DNA of 64,000 bases from NCBI RefSeq assembly GCF_001194135.2, contig NC_068983.1:44638026-44702025 (forward strand), written 5' to 3'. The stretch comes from Octopus bimaculoides. Lineage: Eukaryota. The position numbers and the translations under genes are program-made. Shown here piece after piece: positions 23,901 through 36,890 of the stretch. The stretch's first letter is position 1. The number at the start of each line of letters is the position of its first letter. The notes below the pieces were generated by a model. That model made no database searches, was not told the origin of the DNA, and saw only the letters and a program-made list of their open reading frames with translations.

Positions 23901-24719
23901 TGAAAAGATAGATAGATAAATGGATGGACGGATGGACAGACGGGCGGGCTCAGAATTAAGTGCTGCCAAGTTTTGGGATGAGCGGAATATATCATCTTTG
24001 TAATATCTACTCTTCTATGCTGGCATGTGTTCAACAGAGTTTACTGAGGCAGATTTTCTATGGCTGAATGCTCTCCCTGTCGCCAACCCTTACCTGTTAC
24101 CAAGCAAGGTAATCTTTCCCCATGGTCAGACAAGTTTTACAGAATACTGGAAATGAGTGACATTTATGTACAACAATCATGTGATGTCAAGACAAGAAGA
24201 CACACGTGCGTGTGCACACACACACACATACACACACACACATTAATATAGTTGTTGGTTATGGCCAGTCAACTAGTTATCATTTGTTTCACACCTCTAA
24301 AATTCTTAGCGATATAGCTGACTTGTCAGACTTGTTGCCTGGAGACACATACCTTCTCTACAACTGGAGATAAAAGTACAGTCTTGGTCAGTGAGGATTG
24401 TGAAAAACACCCAGATACAAAAGTTCCTTTCACAACCCTGACTGACCAAGAACTGATATTAAGCTTTTCAAAATTTTGGGTAATTTTATTCATATTTAAA
24501 ACCACTAATGGATTAATGAATATATATATAGAGAGAGAGAGAGAGAGAAAGAGAACTATAAATGTTATAGAACTATAGAACTGTTGGTGCTAACTAGTAC
24601 CCTTAATCACTTTAATGACATCTATAGTTCTGCCTTTCAGTTGTAAGTTGCAAATAAGCCACCTGTATGTATGTATGTATGTATGTATGACAGATTTCCA
24701 TACAGTCCTCTTTCACCTT

Positions 24720-24960
24720 TCCTCAGCATGTGAACCCAGCACTGTCCAGTTCTCTTTACGACATCCATCACTGCTTCAAATCTCATCATTTTCTTCAATT
24801 CAATGTTTATCATTGTTTCTCTCAGTGACACTCCACTCATTCAATAAATCATTCTCCCTTCCATACTTCTTAGTCTGCCCTGTGTTTCACGACTCGGTGT
24901 CTCATTCTCCATACATGCAAAACATATACTTTTCTTTTCAAGTTCATTGATACTCCTCTA
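24720..24960 (-). mobile_element. RTE RT fragment
   Basis: MSGVSLRETMINIELKKMMRFEAVMDVVKRTGQCWVHMLR resembles RWMxGVS..DRIRNEE.R...R..LRWFGHV.R. Confidence 0.7.
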
Positions 24961-25149
24961 TTTATTTACTCACTACTTTGTTTCTGGAACTTTTCCTATG
25001 CATTTAAATAAATAGTTAACTGTCTCATGCACTAGTACAATGATTCTTAACCTGAGAGGCTGCACCTCCTGGAGGCTTTGGAACTTCACAAGAGGGTGGA
25101 AATGTCAAGGGATTATGGTGGTGCCATGAGGGATGCCAAATGTTCAGAG

Positions 25150-25402
25150 CAGTGGTTCTCAACCATTTATTTCCTATAGACCCCTTTGATTCCTGTTTCA
25201 CTCAATTGGATTCACATAACCGTTTGATGTTTAAAAAATCATGTTATATTTTTATAATTGGATATTATTAGGAATTGCATAAAAAATTGTTAAAATGATT
25301 TGTGTATTGTAGAAGCATAACAAAAATTATTGCACATAAATTTTAACAACAAAATTTCTTATGGATCCCCAAAAGTCCCATGGCCTCATTTGATACCCAC
25401 TG
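25150..25402. mobile_element. hAT (Charlie-like) MITE
   Basis: CAGTGGTTCTCAA / TTTGATACCCACTG; TSD GTTCAGAG / ATTCAGAG. Confidence 0.75.
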
Positions 25403-25675
25403 ATTCAGAGGGCTCATGATTTTACTTAGCAGTAAAATATATAAACCAGATACAATGTTTCAACCTGGTTTCACCTCCTCAGTGACAAATACTCTATACA
25501 TTCTGAGCTAAGTCAAAAAAATGTTGTTATATCATTATCACTTGGTTGAGCTCAGACATTTTTAACCAGTACATACCATCCATTTATACTTTAAGCACAT
25601 TTTCAAAAAAGACAAACAAAAAATATTGTTGGGATTAGAATATAAATTCTGATACCAACATTGTACTATCAGGGT

Positions 25676-26071
25676 GTGGAGGCGCAATGGCCCAGTGGTT
25701 AGGGCAGCGGACTCACGGTCATAGGATCGCGGTTTTGATTCCCAGACCGGGCGTTGTGAGTGTTTATGGAGTGAAAACACCTAAAGCTCCACGAGGCTCC
25801 GGCAGGGGACGGTGGTGAACCCTGCTGTACTCTTTCACCACAACTTTCTCTCACTCTTACTTCTTGTTTTTGTTGTGCCTGTAATTCAAAAGGTCAGCCT
25901 TGTCACACTGTGTCACGCTGAATATCCCCGAGAACTACGTTAAGGGTACACGTGTCTGTGGAGTGCTCAGTCACTTGCACGTTAATTTCATGAGCAGGCT
26001 GTTCCGTTGATCGGATCAACTGGAACCCTCGACGTCGGAAGCGACGGAGTGCCAACAACAACAACAACAAC
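25676..26071 (+). mobile_element. SINE family A, full length
   Basis: tRNA-like head with A box TGGCCCAGTGG and degenerate B box; (CAA)n tail; flanking direct repeat ACTATCAG at 25665-25672 and 26072-26079. Confidence 0.9.
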
Positions 26072-26244
26072 ACTATCAGTGTTGAAATAGAGTATGACTC
26101 AGAAAGCCAGTGTATTACCAGATACAATGTTTCAACCTGATTTCACCTCCCCAGTAATAAATATTTTAGAGATTCTGAGCAAAGCCAAAAAATATTCTGA
26201 TATCATTGTCATCCTGTTGAGCTTTCTCAGACATTTTTAACCTG

Positions 26245-26520
26245 TGCATGCCATCCATCTTGGTCCTGCATTAGTTGAGGAAGGTCTTCATGGAGGCATT
26301 CAGTGTCTCTGATGAGTTGATCTACATATGTTGTGTTCTGACTATTTGCTCAAGTATGGCCATGCTCCAGTATCCATAGCAGTATGTCACTTGCCAGCAG
26401 CTCTTGTTTAGCTTGCAACAATGTCCCACAAAGTGCAAGTGCCTTTCCCTTAATAGTGGAAACTGGCAGGAGATCTCCCTACAGCTGTTTCTGTGAGAAA
26501 CAGCTGTTCTGACTTAGTAA
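26245..26520 (-). mobile_element. RTE-type LINE ORF2 C-terminus
   Basis: HLHFVGHCC..KQELLASDILLWILEHGHT...TYVDQLIRDTECLHEDLPQLMQDQDGW. Confidence 0.75.
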
Positions 26521-27056
26521 TTAGTAAACAAAATAATTACTGATTGTAATGGAAGCTAACCAGGCTAGAATTAAACGATAATGATGATACATGAAGGTCT
26601 GTTTAACATAGAAGGTACTCATCCACATTAATATCTAAAAAGAGGCTTGATGAGATAGTATAAGAAAATAGTGAAGCCTGGTGCAGTCTTCTGGTTTGCC
26701 AGCTCTTGTCAAACCATCCAGCCGATGTCAGCGTGGATAATGGATGTTAAATGATGACAGTGACAATGACAACACTAATGAATCCACTGTTCAAGATCAG
26801 CTGTTTATAATAATCTGCCTTTTTATTTTATTTATTTATTTATTGCAAGCCATAAGGAGCGAGAGTATTTGTAAAACGTTATTTGGTAGACACAGATGTT
26901 GAGCCGGCCCATCTAGAAACATTGCTACTCTGAACTGTTGCCCAGGGTCCCTACAGGCCTAGCAGTTCAATTCACACCTAAGTATGATGTGGTTTGCTGT
27001 CAATAAATAAATACTATAGTGCCCAGTGCATTGATTTGCCCAAGTGACTACAACAT

Positions 27057-27240
27057 ATCAGGACAATTACCCCACTCCAGGACAATTACCCCGACAACAA
27101 CTATGCCCTAGGATAATTACTGCTCTTGGTTAATTAACCCCTCTCCAATATAATAAGAAGTTTTAAATCATCAGTTGTTGTCCTCGGGGGTAATTGTCCT
27201 TGGTGGTTTATTGTCCATGGGGGTTAAATGTCCTAGACTT
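27057..27240. mobile_element. Small element with inverted subterminal repeats
   Basis: GGACAATTACCCC twice plus a variant on the left; GGGGTAATTGTCC and variants on the right. Confidence 0.55.
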
Positions 27241-28326
27241 GACTACAATGCTGCTAAAGTGACTCTGGTGTTGAACTGTAAAAGAAAATAAAAAGGCTGA
27301 GAACCACTGAGCTGTTGCAATAAATACAGTCATTTGCTCTAGCATTTGTTGTACATTGTATCTAAAATGGATAATCAGACCTATTGACATGAGAGGATGG
27401 AACAATGGGAGGTTATAATATTCATGCCTTTTTTAACATATTTTCCCGCATATTTTCATTCAGAGATGTCAAGTAAATATATATTTGAACAAAAATATAC
27501 ATTCATTGTACTCTGAAGTATCTATCACTTATTTCTAACCAGAAAGACTTCGTTCATGATGTTATTCCTGTTTTCTATCATTAACTATCAGTGACTATCA
27601 TTTCTATCAGTAACTTCTTAAAAATCATAACTGATCCAAAATAATTTGTGTAATTATTCATTCTTATATACAGATTCAAAATAAATAATAAAAAAATATG
27701 ATATTTTTTACGTGGAATTTGAAAAAAATATGTGTATGTTAAGAGGTTAATATAATGCATAAAATAGCTTCAAGTAAAAATCAAATCTGGTTCTCATAGA
27801 CTTGTTAACAACAATTTAAAGTAGGAAGTGAAACCTGTTTTATGTTAGTAATAAAAGATTAAATAATGATGTAAAAGTATATTTTAAAGATTTTTGTTCA
27901 CCAATTTGAAATTGAATATTTTTGAAAAACTTATGGCTGTGTCGGTAAGATGTTCTCTGTGTAGCCATGTAATTTCGAGTTTATTCCCACTGCTTGGCAC
28001 TTTGGGCAAGTGTCCTCTGCTATAGCCCTAAGATGACCAATGCTTTGTAAGTAAATTTGGTAGATGGAAACTGTGTGAAAGCCCATTGTGTGTATGTGTG
28101 TGTGCACACGCATGCATGTGTCTTCATTTGACAATTGAGGTTGATTTGTTCGATTAAACTCTTTAAGGCAGTGCCCCAACATGGCTGCAGTCCAATGACT
28201 AAAACGAATATACAGCTGTGACTTTCTTATACTGTCTACAAGCTCAACCATCTCTCTTGTCTAAACAAGGTATGACTAAAACAATATCTTATTTCAGATT
28301 CTTTTATTAACAAATAAAATATATAT

Positions 28327-28498
28327 AGGCACAGGAGTGGATGTGTGGTAAGTAGCTTGCTTACCAACCACATGGTTCCGGGTTCAGTTCCACTGCGTGG
28401 CATCTTGGGAAAATGTCTTCTGCTATAGCCTCGGGCTGACCAAAGCCTTGTGAGTGGATTTGGTAGACGGAAACTGAAAGAAGCCCGTCATATATATG

Positions 28499-28556
<58 letters not shown>

Positions 28557-28749
28557 TACCCCTAGCTTTGCTTGACAACTGATGCTGGTGTGCTTATGTC
28601 CCCGTAACTTAGCGGTTCGGCAAAAGAGACCGATAGAATAAGTACTAGGCTTACAAAGAATAAGTCTCGGGTCGATTTGTTCAACTAAAAAGGCGGTGCT
28701 CCAGCATGGCCGCAGTCAAATGACTGAAACAACTAAAAGAATAAAAGAG
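28327..28749 (+). mobile_element. SINE family C, full length, with internal (TA)(TG) microsatellite
   Basis: tRNA-like head (TGGATGTGTGG...GGTTCAGTTCC), CTTGGG.AA.TGTCTT segment, TAAAAGA tail. Confidence 0.9.
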
Positions 28750-29859
28750 ATATGAATATAGCAAAATAGTTGCCACATCTACTATTGAAGTAAGGATTTT
28801 CTTTATCAGGAATTAATAAATTCTTCTTTGTTTTTAACATAATTTTTGATAACAAGTAACCAGAGCTGAAGAATTGCTGGTTGAAGCCCTATCACCGATA
28901 CTGTACTATGTCCATGGTTAAAATACTTAACTCCAGTTGACCTAATCAGTGTAGTTGTAAATAGATACCCTAATAAGATGCTCTTTAATCATTAAACAAT
29001 AGGATATATCTTCTAAAATTTCTATGTAGAACATTATCCAATGATCAATGCGCTTGACAAGAAGTCAAATGGATTAATTCTATTAACCAGAATTTATTGA
29101 GATGAACAAATATTGACTGAATAATATCTCTGAACTGTCTTCTATTGCCATTGTTAGCCAGAAAAAAAGAAAAAAGAAACAAGCAAAAATATCTGTGTAT
29201 TGTGACATAATTAGATGTGTACCACCTGGTGCTCTGATTTCTTCCCACCATTAATGCCTCACATAGTTGCTGCATAGTAATATTGGAGCCTGGTGTAGCC
29301 ATCTGGTTTCATCAGTCCTCAGTCAAATCGTCCAACCCATGCTAGCATGGAAAGCGGACGTTAAACGACAATGATGATGATGATGATGGGTTGTTGTATG
29401 AAATGCAGTTTAATGCCTGATAATATAATGTCTTTTGATTAGAAGTCAGGATGAATATCAATACGAAAATACAGAGGCAAGTTAAAATTTACCGCACTGC
29501 AACATTTATTTTCATCGCTAAAATGAATACATCAACTGGAATAACAAATGGAACTCTGTCAAAAACTTTGCATGGTTTCACAATGTTTCTCGAAGTTGAA
29601 GCTAAATGTTAGAAGAAACACAAAACACAGCATCAGAGGTTCTGGTTACAAATCTCTTCTTGTAGAAGCTGCAAAGTGGAACACACTGCTCTCATTGTCA
29701 AAGATCCAACTTGCTCATAGCCAACTCACCTCCCTCTGGAATTAGGGGAAAAATCGTCCCTTAAATAGCTGATGTAGAGATGCTAAGTTAGGTTATCATG
29801 TTAAGGAGTGGACAGTCCACGTAAAGCTAAATGGACTTGACCATCACATGATGAACCAA

Positions 29860-30345
29860 AAATAGGAAGTTAAAAGTAAGAAGCGACATTGTGGGTAGCT
29901 AAAAGTAAAGAGCGATCATGCTTCAGCTGCATGCTATCAAGTTAATTTAGAGGACATCTCGTTACTTTGAGGACTGAGGTTTCTGCAGGATACAGCTGCA
30001 CAGTGTTCTCAGTTCAATGTTTTGTCATGTCAACTCATTTTGGAATTCAGACCTATCTGGGATTCGCAGATACTGTTGCAGACATTGTAATAGTGATCTT
30101 CAGTACTTGGAATTAGATGATTCTACATTTAGCTCTTCTCTCCTTCAGGGTATTGATCTTGGCTACCTCAAAGTCAGAGATGACTTAGTGGTTAGAGCAT
30201 TTCCACTGGGAACTCTTCAGTACTTTTGATTTGCATGTATTCAGATTTATCTTGCAGGTTTTCAAGATCTTTAGAGTGTCCTTGTAACAGAGCTGTGAGC
30301 AGCCTTGGTGTCTGGAACCAGAGCATGCATACCGCATGGCCAATC
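29860..30345 (-). mobile_element. RTE LINE 3' end, decayed
   Basis: Minus frames give YKDTLKILKTCKINLNT...DFEVAKINTLKERRAK; same type as 3263-3645. Confidence 0.65.
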
Positions 30346-31675
30346 CACCTTAGTTGTGCTTTATTAAATTAATATACTCAAAACAGCCTTAGATTAGGAC
30401 ACTGGTGTGTATGCACTTATATAATACATAGCCTGGTGTTGCCATCCGGTTTCACCAGTCCTCAGTCAAATCGTCCAACCCGTGCTAGCATGGAAAGCAG
30501 ACGTTAAACGATGATGATGATGATGATGATATACAAATGTGGAATGGCACTAGATGTCATATTTCTGTAGTCTTAGGGATACTGACATTTGTGTTAAAAA
30601 ACAGGCCTTCACTTAAAATACTGGTAGATTAACATAGTGTTTCAACTTCATTTGGCCTCCTCAGTGATGAATAACTGGAGGTTCTTAGTCAAGGTAAAAA
30701 AAAAAAAAAAAAAAAAGAAATGCTTGTTCTGATATAGAAATCAGTAAATAAGATATTTACTGATTTGTATGAAAGCTAGTCAGGCTGGAATGAAATAATA
30801 TACATACTTGAAACAATCTTAGTTTAAAATGCTGTGTATATACACACTTATAACACAAACACAGACAAGAACAAGCATGTACACACAGATAGAGAAACAA
30901 ACAAACACACACACACACACACAGAGGAACAAGCACGCACGTACAATCCATTAGCTTTCTTCTCTCATTTCGTCAACTGGCAGTTGACAACTGCCACAGA
31001 AAGAGCCGAATTGAAGTGTTTTGGTCCATTGAGTCATATCGAAAGAATGCCATATATATATATATATATATATAACGTTCAAGACATACACACTTCACGT
31101 CTGGCTGTACAGCCTTTTTGTTTGTTTATTTCACCATTTCGTTTTCCTGTCTTGTTTCCCGTCCGCCACTACCCTCCACGAAAACAATTTAATTTGTGTT
31201 CGTGGGAAGAACCATTTTAACAATGCGTACTGCCTTAATTCTTCGAAACGCCGGAGTTTTAATGGTGGCAGCTGATGAACGGGATGTTTCTATGTGGCCT
31301 GCTTGTTTGTTGCACCTTGTTCACCATTTTGTCCTTGTTCTTTTGCCACGTCATGTACCCAGTTATGTATNNNNNNNNNNNNNNNNNNNNNNNNNNNNNN
31401 NNNNNNNNNNNNNNNNNNNNNNNNNNNNNNNNNNNNNNNNNNNNNNNNNNNNNNNNNNNNNNNNNNNNNNNNNNNNNNNNNNNNNNNNNNNNNNNNNNNN
31501 NNNNNNNNNNNNNNNNNNNNNNNNNNNNNNNNNNNNNNNNNNNNNNNNNNNNNNNNNNNNNNNNNNNNNNNNNNNNNNNNNNNNNNNNNNNNNNNNNNNN
31601 NNNNNNNNNNNNNNNNNNNNNNNNNNNNNNNNNNNNNNNNNNNNNNNNNNNNNNNNNNNNNNNNNNNNNNNTATA

Positions 31676-31812
31676 TAGGTACTACTAAAGCAGCGCGGAC
31701 CTAAACGCGCAGTCGCGCGTCCGCGCTAGCTAGTCTTGAGTGGTCGATCCTAACCCTAACCCTGTCCCTAACCCTATCCCTAACCCTAACCCGCGTGTGC
31801 AAATGAATACGT
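31676..31812. repeat. GC-rich element with (TAACCC)n telomere-like tract
   Basis: CCTAACCCTAACCCTGTCCCTAACCCTATCCCTAACCCTAACCC at about 31749-31792; left end GGTACTACTAAA resembles the TIR of the 35597 element. Confidence 0.6.
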
Positions 31813-32399
31813 TATATATATATATATTTACCCGGGCTGTAGTAGAAGACAGTAACGCAAGGTGTCATGCATTAGGGGATGAACCCAAAACCGTGTGATC
31901 GGGAAACAAGCTGTTTACCACACAGTTCTACACACACACACACAGAGTCATATGTATGCATGTATGTGTATAAAATTCAACAGGACAACATATATTTAAT
32001 TAAACTCAAATCAGTGGTGTTTAGCTACATGTAACCGCTTAAAAGCGGAAGGAAAAAAGTTTTATTTCGACACACACACGCATATTTTATCTGCTGTATC
32101 TCCAGATATTCAATTTTGATGGTTCAATCTAACCAACTAACGCTTAAACAGCAGAAATGTTTAAAAGTATTAAAATTATCATTTTCTTGTGTAGGTTGTG
32201 TGTGCGCGCGCTGTGTACGAAGACGTGATTACACGTAGGCAAGTTCATCAATTAAAAAAAGAACTTGCTTCAAAAGGATTTTCATCAAATAAATTTCAAA
32301 TAAATATTTACTGGTAAGATTTACTACTTGAACTTTAAATTTAACCGAAGAAAACTTTTTTTCTTTTTAATAATAATTAAAAATAAATGTTGAATAGAG

Positions 32400-33270
32400 A
32401 ATGTGCATCATAGAAATTGATACGTCATGTTTAACTGCCGCGTACACCAACCTAACATGTATATATACAACATAAACGACGTTTTCTTGCGGCGGAGTTT
32501 CAAAATAGCTGTTAGTATCTCACGGGGAAGGAAAACTTTAAATAAATAAATAAATGAAAATTAGGAGGTTTCCTTTTTTTCCATTCCACACAAAGGAAAT
32601 TACAATTCTGAAAGTTTTTTTTCCCCCCAAATTTCAGCTTTTTGACGTTAATTCTTTTTTGGAACTGGATCTCGAAGCACGTATAAAGCATGTAAATATT
32701 GACTGCTTTCGACTTTTTCAATCTAAAGAAGTTTTTGAACCGAATATTACATGCTATAATTTACAGTTTATATATGCTTCGAGATCCAGTTCCAAAAACA
32801 GAACGATTAAAAATATATATATTTATGTCCCCCCTCCCCCCCAATTCCGTACTCTTTTCGCTCGCCATGAGGTTAGAGATAGATATTGGGAAAGAGACAC
32901 AGAAAGCATTTTTCCTCTGTTTCTGGAAAAATCAACGTAATTCTGAAGCTGAACATTTTGTAGATGTTTAAAAGAAATCCTTGACCGGTTCCAATAACGG
33001 TAACAACGGTTCCAAGTCGACGGACAGGAGCAACATAACTGCTAGAGTTACCTGCCCCTGATAACATGAAAAGACAACTGCATGCCGGGAGAGAAGCCAG
33101 TGCTAAGTAGTTTCCTGCACATTAACTTTATCATGAACGTCGTTGGAGTCGAACCCCTGTAACTCTACTCGATGTTTTATACCATCAGGAAGAAAATCTA
33201 TCTCCATATTTCTGATTTTGATAATCCAGAATGATAACCATGTCGACTAAGTTTCTTTATTTCGTTACAG
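32400..33270 (+). promoter_or_regulatory. CpG-retaining promoter/5' region of the LysM gene
   Basis: Unique, CpG-rich sequence upstream of the ATG exon; candidate acceptor TTTCTTTATTTCGTTACAG ending at 33270. Transcription start not identifiable. Confidence 0.4.
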
Positions 33271-33556
33271 CTGCTTCATGAAAAAAAAAATATATATATA
33301 CATATCTACATATACACTGTGTATCTTTTCCACTCATAACATATCAAGTCAACCATCAAAATAATTGGTCAACCCGTACTTGGCTTACTCTGCATGGATG
33401 GCTTTATTTCTATTTCTCCATATGAACGGTTTGACGGGAGGTATTTTGATAGTAGACTGTCATTTGTGGTGAATGTCCGGTTTACGTTGTCATTGCCACC
33501 AGTCTCAAACTTAATCTTGGCTAACTCACTTTCAGAGTTACTTTACAAAAGTTATT

Positions 33557-33952
33557 ATGAGTGCTGGTTTTCATGATAGATCGTTGTCACCCAGCCAAAA
33601 TGCTAATTTACAAGCTAATTCATCAAAACCACAAAGGACTTCTTTATTTCGGTCTTTTTTGTCGTCTTCCAGTTCACCGAAATATCACAAGCTGCAACAG
33701 AAGCATGGCACAAGTAATAACTTCCATCGAACATATGTACACGGACACGTGGACAATTCTTTGGAAGATGACGAGGATGAAGACAATATATTTGAACTTC
33801 CTGAGATCCGGTCTCGAAAGGGACCCGGTAATTCTAAAACTTCAGATCCCTCTACCTCAAAACCGTACGGGACATCGGAAATGGACTATCTGCAACATAC
33901 AGTAACAGATGTTGATACTGTTCAGAGTTTATCAATCAAATACTCTTGTCCT
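33557..33952 (+). CDS. LYSMD3: LysM and putative peptidoglycan-binding domain protein (LYSMD3/4-like), first coding exon
   Basis: 132 codons ending LEDDEDEDNIFELPEIRSRKG...YLQHTVTDVDTVQSLSIKYSCP, matching the LYSMD3/4 pre-LysM motif (EE...YELRSR) and first half of a LysM domain; phase-0 donor CCT|GTAAGT at 33953. LYSMD3 cannot be separated from LYSMD4 on this exon alone. Confidence 0.85.
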
Positions 33953-35325
33953 GTAAGTGTGTAATTTAATTTGTTTTGTTGGTGTTTATAATTTTATTGC
34001 ATTCACACTTATAAAAAGGTTTCTCCTGCCACACGTATACATACACGAGAAAACCCGCTGCAATTGTTTGGGTTTGCTAGAAATAACAACTAAATTCCCT
34101 CAAATGCATCCACGCCTTTATAAGGAGGTACCCTGGACCATTTAATATTTACAAAAAACAAACAGAAACGCAAACAACACCAAATGGGCAAGGCTGAAAC
34201 ACATCTTTGATCACCGGTCTGTTCGATGAGGGCTTAACTTAATACAACGCATGCACACAGACACACACACACACACACACACGTTCTTACGCGCACTTGA
34301 TTAGGAATCTATAAGATAAAAAAGTTATTTAATTTAATGAGGTATCTGTATTGACCTTTTTTTTTTTGCCAAGGTGCTGAAGAAGTGTGGTTTTTTTCTT
34401 TTTCTGTCTGAACTTAGAATATTGTTTGTTCCTTTAAAGGAAGTAAGAAAAAAAAGGATGAGAAGTTTTAAGTTTTATAAAAACAGGGAAGTGCCCAGTC
34501 AGGGAATTTTCCTAACATACGTAAATTCCTGTTACCTTTGATATTAGCTCACGCTATCGTTTATAAACAGCACTAAAGATTATTTGCTAGAAGAAAAATA
34601 TTTTCATAAATATCCAATGCGAATGATTAATGAACTGTCAGTTTTCAAAATGAATTGCTTTTTTCGTTCATTGTTGGAACAGATTCGAGTTGTGAGTAAG
34701 GAAAGAAACTATATTTAACTGACGGAAGTATTGACAGACCGAGTTATTAAGTTCACAGAAGAAGCAGGGGTTCGATGTTAGTGTTTTGTTTAGCTCAGAT
34801 CAACCTTGACAGAGCAGACGATATATGTATGATGATTGAGTCATTCCTGCCGTAAACACTTTTCTTCCACCCATAAGGTGTGTATAAGATTACATTATTC
34901 AGTGCCCTTTCACTTTTTAAAGACAATAAGGTGTGATTTTAAGGAGATTTGGCTGACATTTCTAGCTGACTTCAACTCAACCCTGTTAGATATAGCAGCC
35001 TTACGGTCAAAGAATTTCCAGCCCTGAATATTTTGGTTACGTTGTTTAATGTGTCCCATCCTTATTAAAAAACAAAGGTAAGGTTGGGTGACCTGAAAGA
35101 TTTGGTTGTTATTCCTAGCAGGTCGAGTAATCACGTAGCTGGGACCTCGTTGGTTACGAGCCATTTTCATGCTCCTAGATAAAACAACTGAAATTGTCTT
35201 CTGCTGTTTTCAGGCCTAATTTAGAAATGGGTATTAACACTGAAAGTTTAGAGACGTGACTCCATGTGTGCACCTACCTACCTATCTATCTATCTATCTA
35301 TCGTGTGTATGTATGTGATATATAT

Positions 35326-35357
<32 letters not shown>

Positions 35358-35596
35358 CATCAGAAGAGACGAGTTTCGTGCGTTGTAATTTGCTAATGTA
35401 AGAAATTCTAGGCTTTTGAGTCACTCTAGCTTCTGTCGATAAATAATAATAATAGTTTCAAAAAGTTGATAACATCGACTCCAGTGTTCAACTGGTACTT
35501 TTTTTTTTATCGACCTCGAAAGGATGAAAGGCAATGTCGACCTCGAACTTTGAAGACACGAAATGAGGCTAAACATTTTGTCCGGCGTACTATCAA

Positions 35597-35761
35597 TTTG
35601 GTACTACTTAAATACAGGTGTTACATACAAAACATTTAAATGTTCGCTGTCTGGACCTGTAATGACACCGTAACCCTAACTAACCCTAACCCTGAAACTA
35701 ACCCCCTCCTTCATGTCGTTACGTAGATGCATCGGGCCCTCCGTATTTAAGTAGTGCCAAA
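35597..35761. mobile_element. 165-bp TIR MITE carrying TAACCC repeats, inserted into a family D SINE
   Basis: 19-bp TIRs TTTGGTACTACTTAAATAC / GTATTTAAGTAGTGCCAAA (18/19 match); CAA duplicated on both sides; removing it restores the SINE. Confidence 0.8.
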
Positions 35762-35789
35762 CAATTCTACCATCTCGCCGCCTTAATAA

Positions 35790-35995
35790 TAATAATAATG
35801 GTTCCAAATTTGCCACAGGGGCAGCAATTTTGGGGGAGAGGATGAGTCGATTACGTCGACTCCACTTGTTTTATTGACCCTGAAAGAATGAAAGGCAAAG
35901 TCGACCTCGGCGGAATTTGAACTCAGAACGTAGCGACGAGCGAAGCACCGCTAAGTATTTCGCCCGGCGTGCTAACGATTCTGCCAGCTTGCAAT
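35790..35995 (-). mobile_element. Family D SINE with CpGs intact
   Basis: GAAAGGCAAAGTCGACCTCGGCGGAATTTGAACTCAGAACG...CGTGCTAACGATTCTGCCAGC; central segment resembles, from memory, the Meta/MESC SINE domain. Confidence 0.85.
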
Positions 35996-36093
35996 AACAA
36001 TAAAAATCATTTGTGCGAAAATGAAGGGGAAAAAAAACACGAGTGTAATAAGTTTTAATAAATGTATTAGTTTAATGCTTATGAGAAAGAGTT

Positions 36094-36172
<79 letters not shown>

Positions 36173-36432
36173 AAAGTCAATTCAAGAAATTACTTTGCCA
36201 GTCACAAACGAGTTTGATAGTCAATGAAATTTGGTTACGTGTAGCTTTCTTTAGCTGAATGAAGGCATCAATCCACCTAGCTGATGTATCGCTCTTTTCC
36301 TTTTTGAAACAATCGATAGACTAGAAAAACCTGACCGGAAATATATAGATAACTAAATTACAACAAATACATAGTTCATTTTTTATATTATAGTACATTG
36401 TTGTACCATTCAAAACTTTTTATTCTTTACAT

Positions 36433-36483
<51 letters not shown>

Positions 36484-36588
36484 AGTTAAAAAAAAACAAT
36501 AACAAAAAAACAACAAAGTGAGGACGTGATACGGATAGTGTTATTGGACGCTCGGGAAAGGAAAGAGAGAATATATATAGTGTGTGTG

Positions 36589-36654
<66 letters not shown>

Positions 36655-36837
36655 AAGTGAGTATATATATTTATAAGTATATATATATTTATATATAAAG
36701 TGAGTATATATATTTATAAGTATATACATATATATGTATATAAAATGTGTATGTATATGTGTTTATGTATATATATATGTATATGCATGTATGTGTGTGT
36801 GTATGTGTTTGTATATATGTGTGTATATATGTGTGTG

Positions 36838-36890
<53 letters not shown>

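Noticed and set aside
31749-31792. True telomere or chromosome-fusion site
   Set aside because: Tracts are short, degenerate and lie inside or next to transposon-like termini.
33394-33905. Overlapping ORFs 33394-33576 and 33561-33905
   Set aside because: Alternative frames of the LysM exon with no homology; 33394 could be an upstream ORF but nothing supports a function.
36645-36727. 43-bp exact tandem duplication
   Set aside because: Embedded in a (TA)n tract; slippage or a short-read assembly artefact is the simplest explanation.
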